From the NCBI GenBank assembly GCA_048885535.1, contig JBHLLO010000017.1, forward strand, positions 19,993 through 48,926: a stretch of 28,934 nt of DNA, read 5' to 3'. The translations under genes were made by a program, and so were the position numbers. This stretch comes from Candidatus Hermodarchaeota archaeon (GTDB lineage: Archaea; Asgardarchaeota; Lokiarchaeia; Sigyniarchaeales; SOKP01). The notes under the pieces are model-generated. The model was not told the origin of the DNA, did no database searches, and worked only from the letters and a program-made list of their open reading frames with translations. Positions 16,777 to 25,165 of the stretch are shown one piece after another; the stretch's first letter is position 1; every line of letters starts with the position of its first letter.

Positions 16777-18471
16777 CTATGCTCGATAAGTTCCATAGAA
16801 TCTCGTAGCGCCATATGCATTATATGCTATACCACGAATATGTACGTCGTGAACAGTAGTAACCTTTCCATGGTAACCAAAGCAATGAGGATATAGTCTA
16901 TTTGCCATATACCATTGAATATTCTTATAAATGTTATTTCTGGCAGTATCATCTGTCGTGACTAAGGCAAGAGCCATCATAGCATTTAATTTTGGATCGT
17001 TAACTTGACCAGAGTCTGCGTATGAGGCAGGATTGAATAATGGATCAAGCATGTTGAAAGGATCCTTATAATCTGGACCCCAACCGATCCAAAAGAGACC
17101 TAATTCATCCTGATCAGCAAATAGTTTTCTCAAGAATGCACTCCATGTTACACCATCGTCAACTACACTGATACCTATTGCAGGAAGCCAAGCAGTTAAT
17201 GCATCAAACATGTCTTCTCTGAAAGAGTTACCAATGTTATAAGTATAGTTATAGGTCGCTAAAGAAGCACCTAACCAAGTAGGATCATCGGGATTAGAAT
17301 TTACTGGAAAACCAGAAGCTGCTGGTACATTGTCTACGATTGTTTGTCGAGCTGTTATTAAGTTATAATCTGCAGCTTGATTAGAAGCGTTAAAAGCATC
17401 CCCATATCCAGGAGAAACACAACCGTGTGCTCTAATAGCTAAACCATTTAATAATTCTTCAATGATGTAGGTGTAGTTAAGAGCATGTGAGATTGCTTTT
17501 CTCCAATGAGTAGGAATGTCAACGTTATTCATACCAAGATATTGATACACTAAACTTGGAACACCAGTTTCATCAGTGAAATGTTTAACAGTTATTGTAG
17601 GATCTGCATCAAATGTTGGAATTAATGAGGGAATAGCCCCTTGTATCCAATCAATTTCATGACCTAACATAGCATTATTTCGAGTTGTAGCATCAGTAAT
17701 GGATGCAATTATTGCAGTTTCCCAGAATGGTGCTCCACCCCAATAATACTCAAAACCACCCATTCTAACTTCGACATTAGGAACATAATATTCATAAACA
17801 AAGGGTCCAGTTCCTACAATTCTTCCATAGGTTAAAGAGATATATTCAGTCGCAGGAGTAGTAAGTGGAGACAGCATAGAACCAGCAGTATAACATAATA
17901 GATCTAAGAAAGGAGCGAAAGGAGCATTAAGAGTAAAAGTTAAATTATATTCCCCTACTGCAGCTACATTATTTATGATAGGAGTTACCCCATCAGGGAA
18001 GAAATATAATGAATAAGGTTCTCCGATAGATTGTGTTGGTGGAAGAGTTCCAGTAGCATTAAAGAAGTATGCCATTCTATCAAAGTTCCAAAGTGCGTTG
18101 GTTGAGTTAAAAGGAGTTAAATCATGGAATATAACGCCTTCTCTAAGTTTTACATGGAGTATTGTTGTAGACTCCCACCAGTAGGTTTCAGCAAGGACAG
18201 GAATCCGTGGTAAAGATGTGTCGGAAAGATTATAGTAAAAAAGAGTTTCAGCGATTTGCTCAATTACATCATTAGATGCTGAATCCCATGAGTTTACAGG
18301 ATCTAAAACATGAGGGGGAGATAAGGTACCCAATACAAGGGTTTTTGAGATAGGTGCAACAAATTGAGCACCTTGAAGCCCAAGTATAATGTTACCAACT
18401 CCCGAAGCGGCTAATGCTATAGCAAGTACGATAATGGCGACATTTTTCTTTTCCATTTCCATATTTTTCAC
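16777..18471 (-). CDS. oppA: Peptide ABC transporter substrate-binding protein (family 5, OppA/DppA) with N-terminal membrane anchor
   Basis: LDPVNSWD, IAETLF, LAETYW, KLREGVIFHD..PFN, VGTGPF, RKAISHALN, GWGPDYKDP. Start may be the ATG at 18462 or 18456 rather than the GTG at 18471. Confidence 0.93.
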   Translation of the reverse strand: MKNMEMEKKNVAIIVLAIALAASGVGNIILGLQGAQFVAPISKTLVLGTLSPPHVLDPVNSWDSASNDVIEQIAETLFYYNLSDTSLPRIPVLAETYWWESTTILHVKLREGVIFHDLTPFNSTNALWNFDRMAYFFNATGTLPPTQSIGEPYSLYFFPDGVTPIINNVAAVGEYNLTFTLNAPFAPFLDLLCYTAGSMLSPLTTPATEYISLTYGRIVGTGPFVYEYYVPNVEVRMGGFEYYWGGAPFWETAIIASITDATTRNNAMLGHEIDWIQGAIPSLIPTFDADPTITVKHFTDETGVPSLVYQYLGMNNVDIPTHWRKAISHALNYTYIIEELLNGLAIRAHGCVSPGYGDAFNASNQAADYNLITARQTIVDNVPAASGFPVNSNPDDPTWLGASLATYNYTYNIGNSFREDMFDALTAWLPAIGISVVDDGVTWSAFLRKLFADQDELGLFWIGWGPDYKDPFNMLDPLFNPASYADSGQVNDPKLNAMMALALVTTDDTARNNIYKNIQWYMANRLYPHCFGYHGKVTTVHDVHIRGIAYNAYGATRFYGTYRA

Positions 18472-18649
18472 TTAATTTTAGGTTTTGATTTTTTAAATAG
18501 ATTTTTGTGTTAAATTAGTACTTAAATTTGTAAACTTATAAGTTTTTTCTTCTTTTTTTATAAGTTTCTGAAATCAATATAAGATCAAAGCCTAATTTGA
18601 TTTCATTTGTAATATTATATTTAATTCTATTTAAAGCTTTTTTATTAGG

Positions 18650-18681
18650 ATAAGATAAACTAAGGAGGGGATTTATCTTAT
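18650..18681. repeat. 10-bp perfect inverted repeat (ATAAGATAAA-N12-TTTATCTTAT) upstream of oppA
   Basis: Read directly from sequence: arms 18650-18659 and 18672-18681. Confidence 0.7.
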
Positions 18682-18737
18682 AAAATGAAGCTTTTGAATC
18701 ATTTGAAAAATGTTAGCTTTCGATTTAGGGGGGAAGA

Positions 18738-18759
18738 CTAATCAATTAAGACTGATTAG
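18738..18759. repeat. 7-bp inverted repeat (CTAATCA-N8-TGATTAG) just downstream of the UbiA-family gene
   Basis: Arms 18738-18744 and 18753-18759; next to an A8 tract at 18772-18779 (U-tract on minus strand). Confidence 0.5.
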
Positions 18760-18779
18760 CCTTAACAAATGAAAAAAAA

Positions 18780-19721
18780 TTATATTGGTCCTAAATTAAG
18801 AAACTCAATGATCTGGTCAAAATAGAAAGAAATAATTAATATTAATAGTAAAATGAGAGCTGAAGCAATAATCCCCTTGTCAAAAAATGCTCTTTCTGGA
18901 CTGCGGGCTAATTTGGGTTTGGTTGTAATTAAATAATTATATCGCATTATAATATAAAGGGCAATTGGGATAGAAAATACAGCAATATACTCATATAGCA
19001 TTACACTACTAGGATCAAATAATTCAAAATTAAAAATCAGATACAATGAATAGGTCATAAAAAGACAACTTGAAATAATAATATGAAATTGATTTAATAA
19101 TTCGAGAGAATATTGATTATATACTTTTTTATGTTCGATAGCATCTTTTGTACCTAAATAATTCAAGTCTCCTCTTCTTTTTGCGATACTAAGGAAAAGT
19201 GCTACTTCAAATATTGCTAAAAATAACCAGGCAGATACATATTCTTTAATTAAAAAACATCCTGCTAACGCCCTCCATAAGTAGCCAAATGATAGCACTA
19301 ATATATCGATAAATGCAATATTTTTTAAAAAAAGATTGTAAAGCTGACCTGTTAAAATAATCAATAGTAACATAAAAGCAAAATACAAGTTTGGAATTAA
19401 ATAAATGAAAGATAAAATGATTATACCAATTAAAATAAATATAACAACGACTGCCGACGAAATTGAAAGTTCTTTTGAAGCAAGCGGTTTCTTTTTTAAC
19501 TTTTCAGGATGCTTTCTATCATTTTTAATATCGCGAATATCATTGATGATGTAATTAAATGAGGAGGCACAACATAATAGTATAAAACCTACTAAAAGAG
19601 GAAGGTATTGAGCAAAATCAAATAATCTTTCACTAAAGAATATTCCAACAAATATCAATACATTTTTATAATATTGTCTTACTCTTAGGAGATTGAGAAA
19701 ACTCTTAAATTTGTTTGGCAT
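18780..19721 (-). CDS. UbiA-family polyprenyl-phosphate phosphoribosyltransferase (DPPR synthase-like)
   Basis: LLRVRQYYKNVLIF, YIINDIRDIKNDRKHPEK..KPLAS, LKNIAFIDI, RALAG, VSAWL, KRRGDL, SPE. These match the decaprenyl-phosphate phosphoribosyltransferase subfamily better than quinone or DGGGP prenyltransferases. Confidence 0.85.
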   Translation of the reverse strand: MPNKFKSFLNLLRVRQYYKNVLIFVGIFFSERLFDFAQYLPLLVGFILLCCASSFNYIINDIRDIKNDRKHPEKLKKKPLASKELSISSAVVVIFILIGIIILSFIYLIPNLYFAFMLLLIILTGQLYNLFLKNIAFIDILVLSFGYLWRALAGCFLIKEYVSAWLFLAIFEVALFLSIAKRRGDLNYLGTKDAIEHKKVYNQYSLELLNQFHIIISSCLFMTYSLYLIFNFELFDPSSVMLYEYIAVFSIPIALYIIMRYNYLITTKPKLARSPERAFFDKGIIASALILLLILIISFYFDQIIEFLNLGPI

Positions 19722-19788
19722 ATTAAGTCTTTGAAATACGCATTAATATTAAACTTTATTAAGGTTATGGATTCTTTTTAGAATAAGA

Positions 19789-19861
19789 TAGCCCGGCACG
19801 GATTCGAACCGTGGTCACGGGGTTCAAGGCCCCATATGCTTGGCCACTACACCACCGGGCT
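19789..19861 (-). tRNA. tRNA-Gln (anticodon TTG), intronless, CCA not encoded
   Basis: AGCCCGG TG GTGTAGTGGCCAAGCAT A TGGGG CCTTGAA CCCCG TGAC CACGG TTCGAAT CCGTG CCGGGCT A: full cloverleaf, with the A1-T72 pair typical of archaeal tRNA-Gln. Confidence 0.93.
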
Positions 19862-19884
19862 CTTATTACGAACAATTCATTGAA

Positions 19885-19899
19885 ATTTATATATTAAAA
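19885..19899 (-). promoter_or_regulatory. Candidate TATA box of tRNA-Gln, overlapping the Trm112 stop codon
   Basis: Minus-strand TTTTAATATATAAAT lies about 25-35 nt upstream of tRNA position 1. Confidence 0.5.
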
Positions 19900-20510
19900 G
19901 GTTTTAAATCTTGTTTAAAAAATTCATCATTTAATAAATTCTTGTTGGTTTTTAAGAATTCCAGCTCTAGATTTTTGTTCCTATACTCGTCAGGGAGCAT
20001 GTACGGAATTGTATCAATTATAGGATACCAACGTTTACAATGTGGACAAATTAATAATCCAGACTTAATTTCAACATTGAGTTTAATTTTGTTAATAAAA
20101 TATAACTCAGGAATTATTTTTTCAATTTGGTTTAATGATAAGTCTTTAGAAAATGCTAAAATTTTTTGCCTAATTTCATTTTTAATAAGATTAAAACATG
20201 ATTCACTTACATTGTTTAAAGATTTATCAAAAACATGTTCAAATTCATTAATACTTAATAAAATTAGCTCGAGATATGTTTGTAGCGGATTTTTTTCTAT
20301 TATAATACCATCATTAATGAAGAGGTTTTTCTCCTCTCTGTAGATTTCAATTATTTCATCTTTATTAATAATATCAAGATCTCTATCTCTATAGATGTTT
20401 ATAAATGAAGTAAAATCGTTGATTTCTGTCTCATATGAAAAAATGTACATTTGTAAGGGATAATATTCATCTATAGGACATGCTAAGATATCAAACAACC
20501 ATGGTTTCAT
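19887..20510 (-). CDS. trm112: Trm112-family methyltransferase activator with large central helical insertion
   Basis: N-terminal MKPWLFDILACPID..YPL and C-terminal EIKSGLLICPHCKRWYPIIDTIPYMLPDEYR halves of the Trm112 zinc domain. Confidence 0.88.
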   Translation of the reverse strand: MKPWLFDILACPIDEYYPLQMYIFSYETEINDFTSFINIYRDRDLDIINKDEIIEIYREEKNLFINDGIIIEKNPLQTYLELILLSINEFEHVFDKSLNNVSESCFNLIKNEIRQKILAFSKDLSLNQIEKIIPELYFINKIKLNVEIKSGLLICPHCKRWYPIIDTIPYMLPDEYRNKNLELEFLKTNKNLLNDEFFKQDLKPFNI

Positions 20511-20543
20511 ACAAAAATCAATTCTACAATATAGATTTGTAAT

Positions 20544-22397
20544 TTATAATAGATAGCTTCTAAGTTGTTGTATATATTTATCAATTGTTCGATCTATTCT
20601 TCTTCTTCTCTTAATAAAATCCTCTAATAATTTCTGATAGACCGCTTTTGATTCTAATTTTCCGCGTTTATATCGATTTTCGAGCATGTTTAGACTATCC
20701 TCAACACTAATTCTTTCAGCATCCATTAAATCTAATTTACCTATTATATTTCTGAAAATCTCATTAGCTTCCATCACAGTATTCTTAAATGGTATGATTT
20801 CACGCTTAATCTGTTCGATTTTAGCGGAATTTTTGTCTGAAAGATTCATAAAAGTCTTTTTTGTTATTTTTTTTCGTTTAAGATCTTCTTCTCCTCTTCT
20901 GATCTCAAGGATAAGTGCATTTTTTTCCTCATATAATGCACAAAATTCTCTAATTTCATTCAAGACCGTTAAATCTCTTTCGGTTATCGATATACCTTCC
21001 TTTTTCTTACTTAATTTTGTATAAACCGCATAGAATGATGAGATGGATGCAATAATTATTATGATAATCATAGGTCTGAGAATTAAATCAAATAAATCTA
21101 TACCAAAGGTTATTTGAACCAAGTTGGATTCTAATGGGCTTACAAAATTAGAATTATAAGTTAATATTTTAGATCCTCCAGAATCTATTATAGAATCGGG
21201 CAATGAAGAAATATATTCTAAATTACTACATCCTTCGATAATTATATTAATAACTTGATTAATTGCTAAAAAAGGATAACGTGTTATCATCAAATCTATT
21301 TGAAATGACTCCTGAAACCAATTCATAGAAATATATTCTTCAAAGGGTAAATTATATTCTATAAAAAATTCAAATTTAGAAAGAGGTGATATATCTACCC
21401 GATTTCGTAACAAAAAAATATTTATTGTTTTTGTCTTAGAATCGGATTCTTCTATTTGTGCTGATAGGTCCCCAATATTATCAAAGACACGAACATTTTT
21501 AGAGGCTAAGGGAATATCAAAGGTAAATGAAGAGATAGCAATAACTCCTGTATTTTTAATAATTGCTTCTTCCCTAATTTTAATTATTCCCCAAGGTAAA
21601 ATATTTATATCTCGACGATTTTTTTCTAATTCTAATTTTGTATATAAATTATTCTGAAAAGTAACAGTTATTACTTTACTTTCTTCAGCAAGATTACCCA
21701 AAAAAGGATCTAAATGGTCAATTATTATACTTGAACTTAAATCATACAAAAGAAGACCTGGTGAAATCTCACCACCAATAGTATCTATTCTTTCAAAATA
21801 AATAATAGTTGATGTATCGGGTGCTCTAATAATGGTCTTTATATTTTCCCCTCTAGCTTTATATGGCAAAGTTGGATATATAAAACTTGCAAAGTTTATA
21901 TTCTGATCTGTCCCTGATTTCTCAAAATGTAAAAAATTATTGTAGGTTTGTGAAATAGATAACGAAATTTCTTGTTGAGATAGCAGTGGAGTATCAAAGT
22001 ATATATTAATCATTTTAAAATCATTTATCTCAAAATCGGTTCTTTCAGTAAGAAGTGATTCTTGTCTTGAATCTTGAGCTTTAATGAATATTAAATCATC
22101 AACTCTTGATAAAGGGATTCCAATTGAAATTGAACTGATTGGATTGCTATTTTTATTTAAAACTTTTAAGTAATCTATAATATTTACTAAACCATATTCA
22201 CTAACATTTACATGTCTTAAAATTTCAGTAATTAATATATTCTCCGCTCCTTCTAAGCTTACAGAGCTTCTTGGAGTTATACGATTGTTATTATCTTGAA
22301 TCTGATTTTCAAAACTAAGATTCAGTGATGAGATTATAAAGGTAAATAAAAGAACTCCAATAAAAACAATAAATAATTTTTTTTTAATCCTAAACAT
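20544..22397 (-). CDS. Ribophorin I (OST1/RPN1)-like oligosaccharyltransferase subunit
   Basis: N-terminal signal/TM; two repeated beta-rich domains (RHVNVSEYGLVNIIDYLKVLN; RDINILPWGIIKIREEAIIKNTG, compare RPN1 RVIEVSHWGNIAVEE; NVRVFDNIGDLS, compare YYRDEIGNVS); one TM (LRPMIIIIII); charged helical C-terminal tail. Confidence 0.8.
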   Translation of the reverse strand: MFRIKKKLFIVFIGVLLFTFIISSLNLSFENQIQDNNNRITPRSSVSLEGAENILITEILRHVNVSEYGLVNIIDYLKVLNKNSNPISSISIGIPLSRVDDLIFIKAQDSRQESLLTERTDFEINDFKMINIYFDTPLLSQQEISLSISQTYNNFLHFEKSGTDQNINFASFIYPTLPYKARGENIKTIIRAPDTSTIIYFERIDTIGGEISPGLLLYDLSSSIIIDHLDPFLGNLAEESKVITVTFQNNLYTKLELEKNRRDINILPWGIIKIREEAIIKNTGVIAISSFTFDIPLASKNVRVFDNIGDLSAQIEESDSKTKTINIFLLRNRVDISPLSKFEFFIEYNLPFEEYISMNWFQESFQIDLMITRYPFLAINQVINIIIEGCSNLEYISSLPDSIIDSGGSKILTYNSNFVSPLESNLVQITFGIDLFDLILRPMIIIIIIASISSFYAVYTKLSKKKEGISITERDLTVLNEIREFCALYEEKNALILEIRRGEEDLKRKKITKKTFMNLSDKNSAKIEQIKREIIPFKNTVMEANEIFRNIIGKLDLMDAERISVEDSLNMLENRYKRGKLESKAVYQKLLEDFIKRRRRIDRTIDKYIQQLRSYLL

Positions 22398-22547
22398 AAA
22401 CTTATAACTTACTCCTTAATTTATCTAAGAATAATTAAGATTATTAATAAAAATTTATTTAATTTTTTTTTATGATTCAGAATAAAACTTAATATCATTC
22501 GATTTTTATTTGTAAGTAAGATTAAATAAAAAACTAAGGATTTATTT

Positions 22548-22769
22548 ATGTCATCCAGAAGAAGATCTCAATCTAGACGTAGAAAAAGACGGAGTGGAAG
22601 TGCCCCCATGCCGATGGGTGGAGCTGGATTAATGAGGTTTTTTGAAGATAGTTCCATTGGAATTAAGGTAGGTCCAATTGCAACAGTTATATTTGCTATA
22701 GCATTAGTCCTAATAGTTGTGTTGGCATGGCTTGGAGTTTTTAGTTGGTTATTTACTTTTGGTGGGTAA
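22548..22769 (+). CDS. sec61b: Preprotein translocase subunit Sec61-beta
   Basis: Basic N-terminus, GAGLMRFFEDSSIGIKVGP motif, single C-terminal TM. Confidence 0.92.
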   Translation: MSSRRRSQSRRRKRRSGSAPMPMGGAGLMRFFEDSSIGIKVGPIATVIFAIALVLIVVLAWLGVFSWLFTFGG

Positions 22770-22799
22770 AAGTATTAATTTTCCAAAAAAAAATAAATT

Positions 22800-23093
22800 A
22801 TGTTAATCTCAGATTTTCAAAGTTTGATAAGAGTTTTATATTTTAAGAAAGATTATGAAAGGGGAATTAGAAATACCTTTATTTGGTTAGTTGAAGAAAT
22901 AGGCGAATTAGGTAGACTTCTAAAAAAGAACAAGTTGGAAATTAAGAAGATTTCGGATGAATTAGCAGATATTATAGCATGGACAAATTCAATAGCAAAC
23001 TTGTTAGATATTGATATTGAAAAGGCTTTATTAAAGAAATATCCTAATCAATGCATCAAATGCGGTAAAAATCCATGTCAATGTGAGAATTAA
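22800..23093 (+). CDS. MazG-like nucleotide pyrophosphohydrolase
   Basis: FQ..IR..Y, WLVEEIGEL, DELADIIAW, ANLLDIDIE..KKY, C-terminal CxxCxxxPCxC. Confidence 0.9.
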   Translation: MLISDFQSLIRVLYFKKDYERGIRNTFIWLVEEIGELGRLLKKNKLEIKKISDELADIIAWTNSIANLLDIDIEKALLKKYPNQCIKCGKNPCQCEN

Positions 23094-23281
23094 AAACATT
23101 ATAATAGAATTAATTTATTCACTTTTATACAAGCACTTATACAAATTTCTTTACCCAACGTCTTGAACTCACTGAATTATTTTAACTTTTAATTAAGCTA
23201 TTTTTTAAGTGAAAATTAATAAAATTAATATCTTTTATTTAAATAATTTAGATATAAAAAATATATCATACATGAGATACA

Positions 23282-24025
23282 TTGACTGAGGGAAATCTAA
23301 ATTTATCAATTATTCATTCTGAAGCAGATATACATAAAGAAGCATTTATAGATGCTTTTACGATAATTGGAAAGGGTGTCAAAATAGAAAAAAATGTTTA
23401 TATTTCTAAAGGAGTTAAAATTTATGGTAAAGCAATAATAAAAAAAGGGTCCTACATAGGTGAGAATTGTATTATAGGACATCCTCAAAGGACATATTTA
23501 AAAAAACTGATTGAAAAGAGGCAACAAATTACTGATTTTGAAGGACCGTTAATAACAATTGGAACGGAATGTACAGTAAGAGCTGGTTCAATCTTATACT
23601 CAGAAGTTACGATTGATGATAATTGTCAGACCGGTCATAATGTTTTAATTCGAGAAAAATCACGAATAGGCAGAAATTCTTTAATAGGGACTAATTGTGT
23701 TATTGATGGAAATGTTACAATTGGCAATGATGTAAGTATCCAAACAGGTGTATACATCCCTTTATTTTCTGTTATAGGAAATAATGTTTTTATGGGGCCA
23801 TATTGTAAATTAACTAACGATAAATATATGAAACGTAGAGATTTTCGTCTAACAAGTGCTATAATAGAAGATTTTGTATCTATTGGGGCAAATGCTGTAA
23901 TTTTACCTGGTATTACTTTGAAAAAGGGAACTATTGTTGGAGCTGGAGCTGTAGTAATAAAAGACACTAATGAAAATGATGTAGTAGTAGGAAATCCAGC
24001 AAAATTTCTAAAAAAATTTAGTTAA
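23282..24025 (+). CDS. Hexapeptide-repeat sugar N-acetyltransferase (WbpD-like)
   Basis: Left-handed beta-helix repeats, TGHNVLIRE, VFMGP...TNDKY, SIGANAVILPG, VGAGAVV, VVGNPAK. TTG start. Confidence 0.88.
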   Translation: MTEGNLNLSIIHSEADIHKEAFIDAFTIIGKGVKIEKNVYISKGVKIYGKAIIKKGSYIGENCIIGHPQRTYLKKLIEKRQQITDFEGPLITIGTECTVRAGSILYSEVTIDDNCQTGHNVLIREKSRIGRNSLIGTNCVIDGNVTIGNDVSIQTGVYIPLFSVIGNNVFMGPYCKLTNDKYMKRRDFRLTSAIIEDFVSIGANAVILPGITLKKGTIVGAGAVVIKDTNENDVVVGNPAKFLKKFS

Positions 24026-24055
24026 ACCTATTTTAAAAAAATCTGAAATAATGAT

Positions 24056-25162
24056 TTGATGAGCCTACTAAATAAGAAAATCTGGATCGATATTGAAGAA
24101 CCAAAAACAGCAATTATGTTTGATTCTTTAATCAAGATTTTAAATGATGAGAAGGCTTCTATTCTTATAACCGCCAGAAACTACGACTCAACTTTCCAAA
24201 TACTAGATGATCGAAATCTATCTTATATAAAAGTGGGGAAACATGGAGGTGACAAACTTACGGGCAAATTAAAGGCTTATATTGAAAGATTAGGAGATTT
24301 ATTTCCTCTTGTTGTTGAATTTAAGCCAGACTTTTTTATAACTTTCTCATCACCTGAGGGGGCAAGAATATCATACGGCTTGAACATTCCATCAATGGGT
24401 TACAATGATGAACCAAGAAATGTTCATGTGTGTAAATTGTTCTTTCCCTATATAGATCAAATAATTACTCCTGAATGTGTTCCTATAGAATGGTATATAA
24501 ATCTTCACGCAAATCCAGAAAAGTTAATTAGATATAATGGAATTGATGAAATTGCTTGGTTAGCAGAATTCTACCCTAATAATGAAAGCCTTCAGGAATT
24601 TAATGTAGAAAAAGGAAAATATGTAATTATCAGAAGCGAACCAAGCTTCGCAAGTTATTTTATTTCTAAACTTGAGCCCGAAAAAAGTCTGATTTCTGAA
24701 TTTTTTCCTTTAATTTTCAATGAATTTCCAGATTTAAAATATTTCATTATTACTAGAACAGAGAAGCAAGAAGTTTATCTCAAATCAAAATTAAAAGATC
24801 AAATAGAAAACACCAATGTTATTTTAACGCGGTATTTACCCAATATGACAAACCTTTGCTTCTATTCGGCTTTAGTGATTAGTGGGGGAGGGACAATAGT
24901 TCGTGAATCAAGTTTATTAAATGTACCTAGTATTGAATTTTTTCCTGGAGATTCAGCACCCCAAGAATTATTTTTAATGAAAAATGATTTTCCTTTAGTT
25001 CATATAAAACAACATGATAAAATTGCTGAAAAAGCGATTGAAATTTTATCTGGTAAGCCAAAATCCTCTCGATTTACAACATCTTTTAAAGATAGGCTTA
25101 AAAGCTTTGAAAATCCAAATGAAATTTGTTTTAAGAAAATTATTGATAGGTTGCTAAAATAA
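24056..25162 (+). CDS. DUF354-family putative GT-B glycosyltransferase
   Basis: KIWIDI, LITAR.Y, VGKHGG, FSSPEGARISYGL.IP, YNGIDE, RSEP..ASY, SGGGTIVRESSLLNVPSI. Confidence 0.82.
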   Translation: MMSLLNKKIWIDIEEPKTAIMFDSLIKILNDEKASILITARNYDSTFQILDDRNLSYIKVGKHGGDKLTGKLKAYIERLGDLFPLVVEFKPDFFITFSSPEGARISYGLNIPSMGYNDEPRNVHVCKLFFPYIDQIITPECVPIEWYINLHANPEKLIRYNGIDEIAWLAEFYPNNESLQEFNVEKGKYVIIRSEPSFASYFISKLEPEKSLISEFFPLIFNEFPDLKYFIITRTEKQEVYLKSKLKDQIENTNVILTRYLPNMTNLCFYSALVISGGGTIVRESSLLNVPSIEFFPGDSAPQELFLMKNDFPLVHIKQHDKIAEKAIEILSGKPKSSRFTTSFKDRLKSFENPNEICFKKIIDRLLK

Positions 25163-25165
25163 TTT

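Noticed and set aside
18684-18726. ATGAAGCT...AGCTTTCGAT, superficially like a eukaryote-type SECIS (AUGA/GA)
   Set aside because: On the + strand with no adjacent + gene, weak helix, and no in-frame TGA selenoprotein candidate seen in the window.
19789-19861. Alternative reading of the tRNA as Ser(TGA) or Sec(TCA)
   Set aside because: Shifting the loop breaks the anticodon stem, there is no long variable arm, and A1-T72 plus the D-arm match tRNA-Gln.
10795-19861. tRNA-anchored genomic island or integrated element
   Set aside because: No integrase or transposase, and no duplicated tRNA 3' end noticed.
19840-21024. + ORFs 19840-20343 and 20686-21024
   Set aside because: Antisense to tRNA/Trm112 and ribophorin I.
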